Positions 20,071-64,000 of a DNA stretch of 64,000 bases are shown piece after piece. A model generated the notes under the pieces. It was not told the DNA's origin. It saw only the letters and a list, made by a program, of their open reading frames with translations, and ran no database searches. The DNA comes from Acanthaster planci (lineage: Eukaryota). The stretch covers positions 124,001 through 188,000 of the forward strand of contig NW_019091359.1 of the NCBI RefSeq assembly GCF_001949145.1. Direction: 5' to 3'. The position numbers and the translations under genes were made by a program. Position 1 is the stretch's first letter; each line of letters opens with the position of its first letter.

Positions 20071-23000
20071 TGGTGGGTCCGAATTGGCTACTTGTAATAA
20101 TTAAAACTCTACTGTACAGGAATTAACAAACAATTATGATACAGGTATGTACATGAGAAGTTAGAAGGTACATGTCTGTGTTCTCTCATTCCCAGAAGAG
20201 ACAAATGTCTTTTCCATGGATAGGAACGTTCAGAAGGAAATGTTCCTCAAAGAGCATCAAAAATTAGCAGAAAAGAACCACTGCGTAATATTCGCACAAG
20301 ATGAACGGTGTGATAAATTTGTTTTCACTACAGTGAAAAATTTAACTATCTGCTTTCAGAAATAGTGACTTGATTGTTTTCAATGTAAGCTGAGCTTCTC
20401 TTTCTTTCATCCGACCAGTACACATTTCTAGATGACCAACATTCGGCACAGTTCATTCGTGGTGTAACGGTTCGTTTTTTTTAAACATGCTTCCAGATCT
20501 TGATTTGGATTCAATTTTAAAACCAGCATTGTAACAAAAAATTATGAAAATAATTAAAATAGAAAATAGAATTCATTACAAAAGTCTTTTCGCCACGCCA
20601 GACATCTCAAATTGCACAATCTGTGAGTTAGGGAAACCACACAGGAAACCAGCGATTTCCTTTTAAAGAAAGAAATAACTATAAAAGCCGAGTTGGCGTA
20701 TTCATTCAAATTACTTGATTAACTTGGCAATAAAATCTGGCTAATACAGCATGTTAAAATCTTTGAACGCTTCAGGAGCAAAATGTAGCACATTATTTTC
20801 AATTAGGCGCATTCAACATATTCATAACACAGTACGGGTCACCACTATGTCTACAGCCCAATAAATATTTAGAAGCATTTGTGCACATTGTATTTCATTT
20901 AGGATGAAATATTTACGGTTGTGCTTCTTTTAAGACGTCTACCAAATTCTGCCAAATGATACTGAATTCGCAGGAACAGTTTCAACAAGTTTTAACTGTT
21001 TGACCCTGAAAGGCATCTAATTGTCCTTTGTGTGCACTGCAGTGTTGGCTAATATCATTTTGAAATCAACAGTTTACACCTACACTGCACATTGAAACAA
21101 TTCACGGTTTGATCCATACACTGCCATACAGAAATGTGTGCATTTTGAATTTATAAAATTTCCGATATTTTAATTCCACTCAATGAATAATTTTCGTTAA
21201 TATCCCAATTGCTACGCAGATGTTTTTTGTTTGAGTTGTTAATTTGAATTTGGGATATTTCAGATTCCCAGGGCAAGTTAGATATTTTAAAATTGCAAAT
21301 ATGCAGAACCAAAATGTTGAACATATATGTGCATGCACTCTGTTACGACTGTTAATTGAAAAAGCAAGGGCAACACGGAGAATGTTTTCCTGTGAGCATC
21401 GTGCCGTTCAAACTAAACTTCACCGATTCAAAAAAACTTGCACGAATGCAGAAACTTAGATTGGCAGGTCAAGAAAACTCAAAAACTCATTTGGCAGAAC
21501 TTGATAATGCATCGCACCCCTTCCTTATTTTTGCAAAAGTCTTTGATCTTTCCACGCCTCATTTGCACTGAAATAAATTAGAAAGACTGAAATTTGGAAT
21601 TATTAAAATGAACATTTCCAACACTCTGCAGCAATTATTATTTAAAGTGCACACACTCTTGTCAACATTTTCATTTGTTTGATGCAGAATAAAGGAAGTC
21701 AAGATGAAAATGGTCTTTGAAAATAATGACAAGTACAAATACATGTTAAGAGCAAACATAATGGAAGACATTACATCAAAATAGAGTATTCATTTAAATT
21801 ATGAGTCTAAAATTTAAGCAAACACATATAAATCAAAGGGCTACCTCAAACTCTCAATTACTGTTAACATAAAAACAAAATATCAAATTATGCATATATT
21901 CGGTTGGACTTGAAATAAAACAACTGTTTGACAGATTATAAATGTATTATTTACAAATGTCAGTAACTCATAAATTCTACATCTGGGGTAAGAAAAAGAG
22001 CAAATCTTGTGACGAAAGACAGGCTTTGAGGGCAACAATCTCTTTCTGACATCTCATATAAATATTCTGTAGGAACAGGCAATATTTCCCTTCACATTCA
22101 TATAAACTTATCAATGACCTTGGATGCAAGTTAGTTGCATTACTAAACCCAAAGCCCGCACTGCCCACCACAACATGTGCCTCTTTAAGAAGTGCACTAT
22201 GTGGAGAAGTGCATTTCATGGCAAAGTGGCTTGCTTCAGGACACAATTCCAACAAATCACCCATCCACATTTAAATTAGGTGCATTAACAGAACCAGAAA
22301 AAAAGTTACAGGTCTTTATATCCACGTTAGAGACTTTTAAAAACCACTTATTATTTTCATTATTTCTTATTATTACTTCAATTGAGATTGTCTGTATGCA
22401 TGTAAAATAGGTAAATGCTGCAGATGGGTGTGAACAATTGTCTCACTTTTTTGGACAAATCGCAGGAATGGCAAAGCTGCAGGAAATGATATTTGTAAGC
22501 AAGGTGAATATTTACCAGACAACCCCTGCATTTTTAAGCACCTCATGCTTGTGTGCTCACTCATAGGAGCAGACGAACAACTATGCAACCATTTAAACCC
22601 TTAAAATGTAGGTAAGGCTAAAGGTCTCTTCACACTGCCCCAATTCTCCATACTGGGCTTGGGTCAAGACCCATAATTTTTTGACAACCTCATTCAGACT
22701 AACAACTTCTGGTTTCAGCCCTCCACTCCAGTCTGGTTGGGACCAGGCATGAGAGGCTCTACTCGTGCAGACAATGAGACAGGATGGTATTTCAAGAATG
22801 CCAGATAAATTGAGAACAAAACATCTGACGTCATGCAAGTACAGGCATGCTCAGTGCTTGCGACAGGCGTGCAATGTTTCCTCGGATCAGCTAATATCCT
22901 CATGTTTCACTTCACACTCACTCCACTGAAAATTGCAAAATGTGGTGCAAAGTCTTGTAAAGACCAGAATTTCCTCGTTTTGGAGGTCAAAGTCCAAGTT

Positions 23001-23289
23001 GCATGCCTGGCGTGTGTTGGCACCATTCCTTGCTGATAGGATAACCTTGTGCAAGGGCATTGATATTCTTGAATGACCTGTGATTTGGAGCATGCACAGT
23101 TGAAAGACCAAATGAACTCATTGGAGATAACAGCTGATTTGTGTGGAAACCAGTCTGCCGCTCAGGGAGGGGAGATGGGTAATAGCCTCACGGCGTCGCT
23201 TCCAGGTCTTTGCCGACAAGTCTTTTGAATACTTCACAAATGACTCGAGCAGATTCACAAGACTGTGCTTACATCAGATATGAAACTAA

Positions 23290-23408
23290 GGCCGTGTCCG
23301 AAACGGGCTTCCAGAGCTACAGCTAGGTCTATTGTCTGCGCGTCTCCACACATTTCCAATGGAGCGAAGACCTAGATCTAGCTCTGGACAACAGATTTGG
23401 ATGCAGCC
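23290..23408. mobile_element. Small Harbinger/Tourist-like MITE
   Basis: TAA-GGCCGTGTCCGAA...TTTGGATGCAGCC-TAA with internal inverted arms. Confidence 0.65.
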
Positions 23409-25899
23409 TAACTATGCCTAACATCAATGGAAGAAATAGGCTGGTTCCCTTTGATGTAGAGCATAGTACACATTTTCTAAGTTCCTGACAACGATGATAC
23501 TAAACTATTCAAAAACTCTTGGCCAAGAAATTCAACATTGGAAAAATACCCTTGTAATTCACTGTACACATGTTTACATCATGGAAAAGTACAATTTCAA
23601 AAACACATGTAGTAATACAGAAAGTACTTTTTTATGTTCATATTTTCAGCCAAGCGTATTCACACTAGTAAAAAAATAATCCAATTAGCTTCATCTTGCT
23701 CAGAGGAAAAGCTTCCATTTTTGAACATTTTTTTTCCCATTAAGGCAACCAGTATGCATTCATTATTGCTTAAAATTATGAAAACAAACTTATCCTTGAT
23801 TAAGTGTGTAGCGTACACAATTTCAACATTGTATCACTTAATTTGGGAGGATGTTGTCTGTTTTGATGTGTCCACTCAAGTACCCCGTACACAAGCCTTT
23901 TAACATGGACAAGAATCAGAAACAAAAACCTCTTTGAATATGACAAAAATAATCATGGAATATATCAACTTTCCGCTCTCTTTCCTGTAGAAAAATACGG
24001 TAAAAAACTTCCAATAAATTCTGAAAAAACATGAGGGATCTGATTCTAACATTGCCTACCCTTCTCGTCAAAAATGTTAGGTCAAAAAGAGCCGGAAACT
24101 TGACAATGGCACTTCCATGAAGAACCGAGAGTAAGCCATTTTGACTGACTGGCGAGTGTTAACTTTTTTTGTTTAGCATATACAATAAAAACTGTACAGT
24201 GTGACCACAGTTAGTTCATTCTGTGCCTCCAGTATATACAAGGTTACGGGGATGATCAAGAGTGGTCAACCTTTGGCATAATGAATTAAAAGTAGATAAA
24301 TATTCATAAACTTCGATTATAAATATTCATTTGTGTGCTTTGTAAGTGTTCACAAGTATGCTGAGAATATCACATATGAAAAATCATGCTATGCAATTCT
24401 CAGTTGAAAAAAATTACAGATCTTTTGCAAGGTAGCCATCTTTGATCTGTTTGTTTCTATTCCAAAGGGATGTGAATTAACAGTTTTTTCAATTTGTTAT
24501 TCAATGGAAATACATCCAATGCGGCTGAATGCATGCACAGGGTCTACATGCATGCTGAGAGGGAACAAACAGGGAATGGTTTCGCTCTGTGGATGAAACT
24601 CACAAAATGCAGCTGCACTGATCGAGTGGAAAAAATCACCTTGATTGCAATTTCCAAATTCACAACGTCTGTAATTCTGCCAACCTTTGCAAGATGTGGG
24701 AGAGTATTACCAAAACACTGTTGACCTCTACAGGTCCACCATAAAGCCCAGTTTCACTGCCTTTGTAATGACATCAACCAGCTCAACGCCATGCCAGGGT
24801 CCCCTATCTCTAACACCCAGGGGCAAAACGTCAAGATAGGTTCAACTGCTATTGCGTCGACATCTACGGGTAGATCATGAAGCCGAGCCTGTCTCTCTAC
24901 AGCCTTGCGGTTTAGATCAACAAGCAAGACGCTACAGTCCGGTCGACGAACTACGGGTATAAATTGATAAACTGATTTCTACTGCCTTGCCGATGGCGCC
25001 CATTGATAAAATGAAGCTGGGCTGTAAATTATACACAGAGAAGTCTACTTCTGAGCTGTTCACTCACAAGATGATCAGCAAGATGATTGAATGGAGATAA
25101 GGCTCAGGTGCACGTCAAAGGAGTCTAGAGAGGCTGAAGTGACGCACTACCTGTGCTCTCTGAGCGCAATGCCCACTATTTAATGATGAGCTTGACTTGT
25201 ATAAGCATCAATGTATCGTGCTGTGAACAAGAATCCAGGGTTTGAGCGTTTACATCACGGAGAGCAAGAAGTGGTGAAGATATATTCGATAAGATTGAGC
25301 TAAGTAGGATTGGCTAGAGGTATTCAAGGGCCTTTCATCGAGTAATAAGAGTAATTCCAAGTGATAAAATCTACACACTGAACATCCCCATGTCAAGAGA
25401 AAACCTGCCGGTAGATACAGGATCGTGTCACTGCACATATGTACGTAAGAGGCTGATATCTGAATAGCATGCATGGGATATATGAACATTATCTCCCAGT
25501 TGATACGGGAGTCTGATGTGTGAGGTCGGGCTGACCACTACCCAGACCCTTGCAAACTGGAAGATGCTTGGCAGAGCTGCGAATGTCCAACCACCCTTCA
25601 GTAGTGCGCCGAGATCTGCCGATGACTGAATTGCGGAAAGAGTGTACGATGCCAAGCCCTACTGCTAGCAAAGCTCCACAGCTGTTTGACAAATTTTGGG
25701 TGGCTCTCACCGATAATGAGATAAAGCGCAGAACCTTTCGCTGTATTTAATGAGGAGTCCTTCCACCTTGATTCACCTGTACTTGCATCATAAGGATGCT
25801 GAGCTCTACTGCCCATTAACCTCCACCTCAGGGAGATGATACTCAACAGGTCCTGTCAGCCAAACACCATTGCTGAGGCGACTGCATCTTCAGTCTGCT

Positions 25900-58418
<32,519 letters not shown>

Positions 58419-61200
58419 CTGCAAAACAAACCAACAAAACTCCACTGAAAGATTTATCTTTAATTATATTCTTGTCATTTGATTGGTGGGACTCAAATCA
58501 CGTGATATTCATTACTACTGCCATCCACGGCAGGGCTCCATAAGGGATTTACGTGTACTATTCAACAATTTAAGGTAATCCTTGTAACGGCTTTTGAACA
58601 GTTGATCCTCACTGATTTTGAACAGCAGAGTGCCGCAAACCAAAACCTGGGGAGAAGGTTGTAACCCGATATGTGCTGCTTGACAAGCACACAATCATGC
58701 ACCAGTATTCATATTCATTTCGGACATTGATTTCAAGGACTCGATCGACGCAGCAGACTCGGATCTGTATGTCAGTCGAGTGGCTTTAGAGATCAACCAC
58801 ATTGGTCATACACAAAACGGTGAATTTTTATGAAATTTACTAGTATATAAAACCATGTAGTAGGTAAATACTAAACTAAAGATTGCTACTGACTTCAAAA
58901 GCACAAGTTGAAGTCTTTCATATCACGCAAAATGAAAACAACAGTCATCGGAAGCATCCAATAAAAGCTTGTTTTGATGACGTCACACTACGGCTCTGTA
59001 ATTATACAACTGTTTCATTATTTCAGGGCGAATGCACCTGTGTGCGTGAGCACTGTGCTAGCTCACACTTAACTGTGAACTAAAAGAGGCCGGACAGTGA
59101 GAGCGCCTTGGAATTGCTTTTCAATTGACAATGTTGATCAACACTGGATCGTATGATTATTTGAAGCGGAGCAAGGTCCTAATGAATTTCAGGCAGATGG
59201 CCGTGGTCATTTGACGAGAATGACCTCTAACTTGCTTTACCTGTTTTTCCCCTCTGTTCTAGAGCTATAAAACCCTTATCACGGCAACAAGGTCAAGAAA
59301 CTCTGGGGTAACAAGAGCTGTATTATGACAGCATCAAATCACTGAATTTGTTTGCCGCCCTCAATGGCGCATTTTTTACTCTGGGCATTCTCGCGGAGGA
59401 ACTGAACTCCCCAAATGACGATTTTTCAGAAATGTTAAGAGAAGCTGCCACGTTAGTCATGATACGGGTAACATTGACCAATTCCCTGTTAAATAACCAT
59501 TTCACGTCAAAGCAAAGTGAATGATCTTGAACTTGTAAAATGGAAGGACTATTATACCATAAGGTAAACTTTTTTTCCCAGTGATAACATTCCTCTCGTT
59601 CCACTCTGTAGCACGCAATATCTGTACACCATTTTATGCCGGATGACGTGTAAACAAACAGGCAGTGATTTCCTTTGCTTGGTAACATGAAGCATGTTTA
59701 AACATGACTTGGTAAATTTCTCAGGCAGTGCTGGGTGACATGCCAACTCGTACCTGTCCCCCATTTGAGTGATTCCCATTAGCAGGCATACATCTTGGGC
59801 TATGACAAAACACAAGGAAATTCTAATCTTTACAAGACTTTAGACAGTGTTTTTTCAACGTTCTATGGCCTGAATGTGAAGCGAAAAATGGGGAAATGGG
59901 CTGATCCAAGGAAAAGTTGCATGCGTGAACTAGTTTGTACACACAAACACAGATTTGAACTGGTCTGTGTCAACCTTAGTGTGGATCCATCAACAAAAGA
60001 GGTCGGCATGTGCAGGTTGTGTAAACGTCCTGTGGACTAAGCCTGTTTCAACACTAGGTTACCCCGTTTATGGAAAACAGCTTTAGAGGCATTTTGGGAT
60101 TAGGGCTATTTGTAGCAAAAGGAGGTGGATCAGTCCAGGAAACCAGCAAAAATCCTGCATTATTAAAGAGTGTTCTTAGTGCAAAACGAAAGAGCATTTC
60201 CACTGAGTTCTCTAGACTTCTGGTACATAAAAACAAAGGAACGCCCACTCTAGGTTGGTCAAATAAACATGTGTATAACCCTCAAGTAGACATGGGCCAT
60301 GGCCAAGCACTGCAACAAAATTTAATATTGTTCCACAACAGTGTCTGTTTCTCAAAAAGCAATGATATGGTAACAAAATGACACACAATTTTGAATAGCA
60401 GTGAAGGACCACCAAGGTCAGCAGTTGTACAGCCCAATTTTGTAAAGTACAGTACTGTGGTTGTGGCGTCTTGTTTTCAAAAATGTGTATTTTTGGCTGA
60501 AAATAATATCATGCCACCGCGGAGTGATATCATTGGTAGGTTAAGTGAACAAATTAGGCATGTGTTTAATGAAGCCGTGTGTTCTACATATAGATAGCAA
60601 AGTGGGTGGGGGCAATGAACAATCACAAAGCTGCTGGTACAAATGTGAAGATGCAGCAAATTTGTGCACATTCAGATGAAAAACTGGTTCTGTGTTATTC
60701 CACAGTGTATGAAGCTCTCTGTGTGATCATACCGCACATTTGTGGAGTTATATACTACATGTTTTTGTTTTTAAGTCCATACAACTCAGCTGTTCCGGAT
60801 CTTCCTGATTTCACACAAAACATTAGAATGTCTTGAATTTAACTGAAGCATGAGCAGAGGTTGGCAACTTTAGCATGGAGTAGAAGTATGGGCATGGTGC
60901 CCAGTGTTATGACAAAAGTACATGTACATTCAGTGCTGGTAACCATGAGTAATTTCCTTGCCTTCCACCTCTGTAGCCAAGAATCGGACTCCATCCGGGT
61001 TTACATGTTGACTAGGTTCTTCCACGAAGAATATTTCAACTGAATTTGGAGGTTTCCTTGAACTTCTAGACCGAACAATGAGGATGATTCACAATACAGG
61101 ATGATCCATTGTTTTGACAGCCAATTATTGAAAAAGAAAGCACCACTTACAGGGTGAAGTGACAATTCAGAAGACAATAAAGAAATGTTCAGCTTTAGAG

Positions 61201-61354
61201 GTGGGAGGAAAACCCTGGGTAATTATTTCAGGGAAAATCCACGGGATCAGACAGGGACTGAAAAACAAATCTACATGCTGACCTAGGTGGGATTTGAACC
61301 TCAGCCTCCGAGGTGGAAGGCGAGGAATGAGCCACTACACCAACCTGACTCCCC
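61201..61354 (-). mobile_element. tRNA-derived SINE, 5' portion
   Basis: Minus strand reads GGGGAGTCAGGTTGGTGTAGTGG (A box-like)...GGTTCAAATCCC (B box), followed by a body ending cagggttttcctccc. Confidence 0.6.
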
Positions 61355-63564
61355 TTAGATGGACACACTTTAACTGGAATTTCTAAGTACCAAATCCAGA
61401 ATTATTTAGGAGGGTAAACAAGTACACTCATGTTTACATGGCACTGCCCCCTAAAACACACCTATGAGGAATGGACGGTCCCCTGCATTACCTGTATGTA
61501 AGATTTGGATGGTGAAATTGATAAGTGGCCTCTTGCAGGCAAATGTCTGATGGGGCAGTACTGTAAATCAATCTGTTCCCAGTATCGTCGTACTGTTGGT
61601 TTCAACCAGGCTTCAAAGCTACCGCAAATTCTCTTACACGATGGCACTTTGGGAAAACCTTAGCTATATTACTAGAAAATATTATGTACACTGCACTGAA
61701 CTTATAAGATCTGTCCGCTTCAAATGGTGCATGTGATTGCCCTCCAGCAAAAACTATATTGGCATCATCACTACATGTACCGGTACCCTGCATAACGAGT
61801 TGGTGCCTATGTACATGTATATGAATGACTCAAAAGATGGTAGGGGTGGTTTTAAGGTACTTGTACTTTGTCGCTGTAAATTTTTGCTATTATTTGAAAA
61901 CTCCAATATCTATTTTACATTTGGATCAGCATAAAGTGAAACAATAGAACAACTCTTATCAGTTTTGTAGCACTCATTTGCTGTCAAAAAGGGGACGAAA
62001 GAAAAGTACTATCCATTTTGATATGAAAAGTGGAAATTTGTCATTTTCAACCTTCCCCCCCGGAAAAAAGGCATTTAGTTTAACTCACGTCAAACCCATG
62101 ATGATTCACACATACCAGCTTCAAATGCTCAAGCATACATGCACAAGTGTTTTCAGAAGGAAATTAAACGTTGCCAACGAGAGGGCAACATGCTTGGCTC
62201 CCTTTACTGTGTTTGTGTCGTACAAGCAAAACTCCAATTGGCAAACAGTACATGTACACAACGCACACTGGCCAAATTCATGTCCATCAGTGACAGGATA
62301 ACAGAGGCTGCATACATTAGGAGTTCCTGTAAATGGACATATACCTTTCCCTGGAGCGGTAGATATAGGTGTAGAAACAACATACCTACATGTAACTCGT
62401 TTATTTCAACTCATCACCGAGTTGTATACAGACTTGGCATGGGGAAACCAAGGAGAGGTCCCATCAATGTCAAAATGCACAATGTATTTAAAATCTGGTC
62501 ACTCAGAAGTTGCTCTGGTGACCTCCATCTCATCTTGTTAGCTTAAGGTGCTTAAAACAAAAAAGCCACCCCCAAAAAAAGGGAAGACGGCAAATTTCTA
62601 CAGAAATACCTTTTACTGCTTTCACATAACAAATTTACTTGCCGAATGTTAGCATCCAAATAGTCTAGATGCATTCATATATCCCCTTCGCATTATAATC
62701 AAACCATCTAAAATGTACTCCTCAGCTATGCACAAGATTGTATCATGTGCATATATGAACAGTGCCTCCATGAAGTAATGTAATTACTGATAAGCATGAG
62801 GGCTCTGCCTGGAACACTGTTCATCATTAAATAATGGCCCGACCTTGGGGACTGCACGCGATGTGGACATGTAGACATGCATACACATAATGTGACCGGC
62901 TCTGCAACATGGTGTATTTTGTCACTTTTTAAAATTTGACTTATATATTTAATAAAATTGCTCACATCCCAAGCTTTCATTTGATATATAATTTATTCCA
63001 GTGGCATTTTGCATTTTGGAGTTATTTGCCATTTGCATATTCATATAATTTCATTTTATCACATGTGCTTTTTGAGATAGTGCCCTTTAATCATAACAAA
63101 CAGAAATATCAAACTTAAATATGACACTCTCTTGGTTTTCCTCCGCAAGAGAGGCTTTCTGGTCAAACAATCGGCCTCAAAATATTTCCAAATACTGGTA
63201 TTTTCACCCTCGTCGTATGGAATGGGCCATTATGCGTTTTTATATTGCACGACTTGATACACCTTTCTGCAGAGTGGGTCACATATCATAGTGTCATGAC
63301 ATGGACTTGGACATGTACATGTACACGTAAACCAACTCAGCATCTAAAGAAATTTAGCAATCCAAATAGTTGTGCACCTTCTACGTGTCGAAAGATGTTA
63401 CAAATAATAAAGATACAAAAATAATGCAGTACACACTTCATGTGAAATCTGGAAAGCTATGCATTGGGAACAGAAACAATATAACAACATGCATTAAAGA
63501 CTTAGCTGAGGCACTCTGAAAAAAAAAAGGCTTCTGTGCAGACATCCACGATGCAGTTATTTAC

Positions 63565-63704
63565 CTGATGTCCTGTGGCATCAGATATAAACAAGTCACC
63601 TCACTCCTGTGCTTGCCCGCCGAGACATTTCTGTTCGCCGAATCCAATATTCCCGACAAGTTCCTGTTTTCTGGGAGGAAATCACCACGGGGATGCGAGG
63701 CCAT
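63565..63704 (-). CDS. Candidate alternative first coding exon of LIMK (LIMK2b-like)
   Basis: accATGG Kozak context, 46 open codons, then AG|gtaaat in phase 2, matching the exon at 58418. Confidence 0.55.
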
Positions 63705-64000
63705 GGTACACACGCTTGAAGGAATCTTTGGGGGGATAGGGGCTCAAATCAGAGGGAGAAACCCAACGGTGGCTCCACGGTGATGACGACGGGCGAGATA
63801 AGACATGCCAAAGTTATATCACCAGGCCGAAGCCAATGTTGCCTGTCTTCCCCCGCAAGAGAAGGGCAAGGGATGAGGAATGTTAACAGCCCATGCTGAA
63901 GACATCTGAGACTTCTGCCTGGTAGATTAGTGACGTGGCCCGGCTGCCTTTGCCCCGGCTGCCTTTGCAGCATCTCGCCAGTGTTATCAATAACAGCGAG

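Overview
This is eukaryotic (metazoan) genomic DNA with spliceosomal GT-AG introns and two assembly gaps. An invertebrate, possibly a deuterostome, is my inference only. Three protein-coding genes can be reconstructed exon by exon with consistent splice phases. (1) DRG1 GTPase on the minus strand, 14068 to 3111 or 2160. (2) The mitochondrial RluA-family pseudouridine synthase RPUSD4 on the plus strand, 14255-19294, head-to-head with DRG1 across 186 bp. (3) A LIM-LIM-PDZ-kinase (LIMK) on the minus strand, running from at least 58418 to 25900, tail-to-tail with RPUSD4. The canonical LIMK exon encoding the first half of LIM1 was not found and probably lies beyond the window. Introns hold many non-autonomous DNA transposons (piggyBac-, hAT-, Harbinger- and MULE/Merlin-like), a tRNA-derived SINE and a palindromic twin-tRNA element. 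I found no CRISPR, rRNA, intact tRNA or prokaryotic-type system. The most interesting unexplained structure is a set of in-phase candidate alternative first exons plus an intronic stop/poly(A) site that could split LIMK into modular isoforms. Also notable are a stop-carrying DRG1 microexon, the twin-tRNA hairpin element and a roughly 10-fold excess of TACATGTA. All isoform claims are predictions without transcript evidence.
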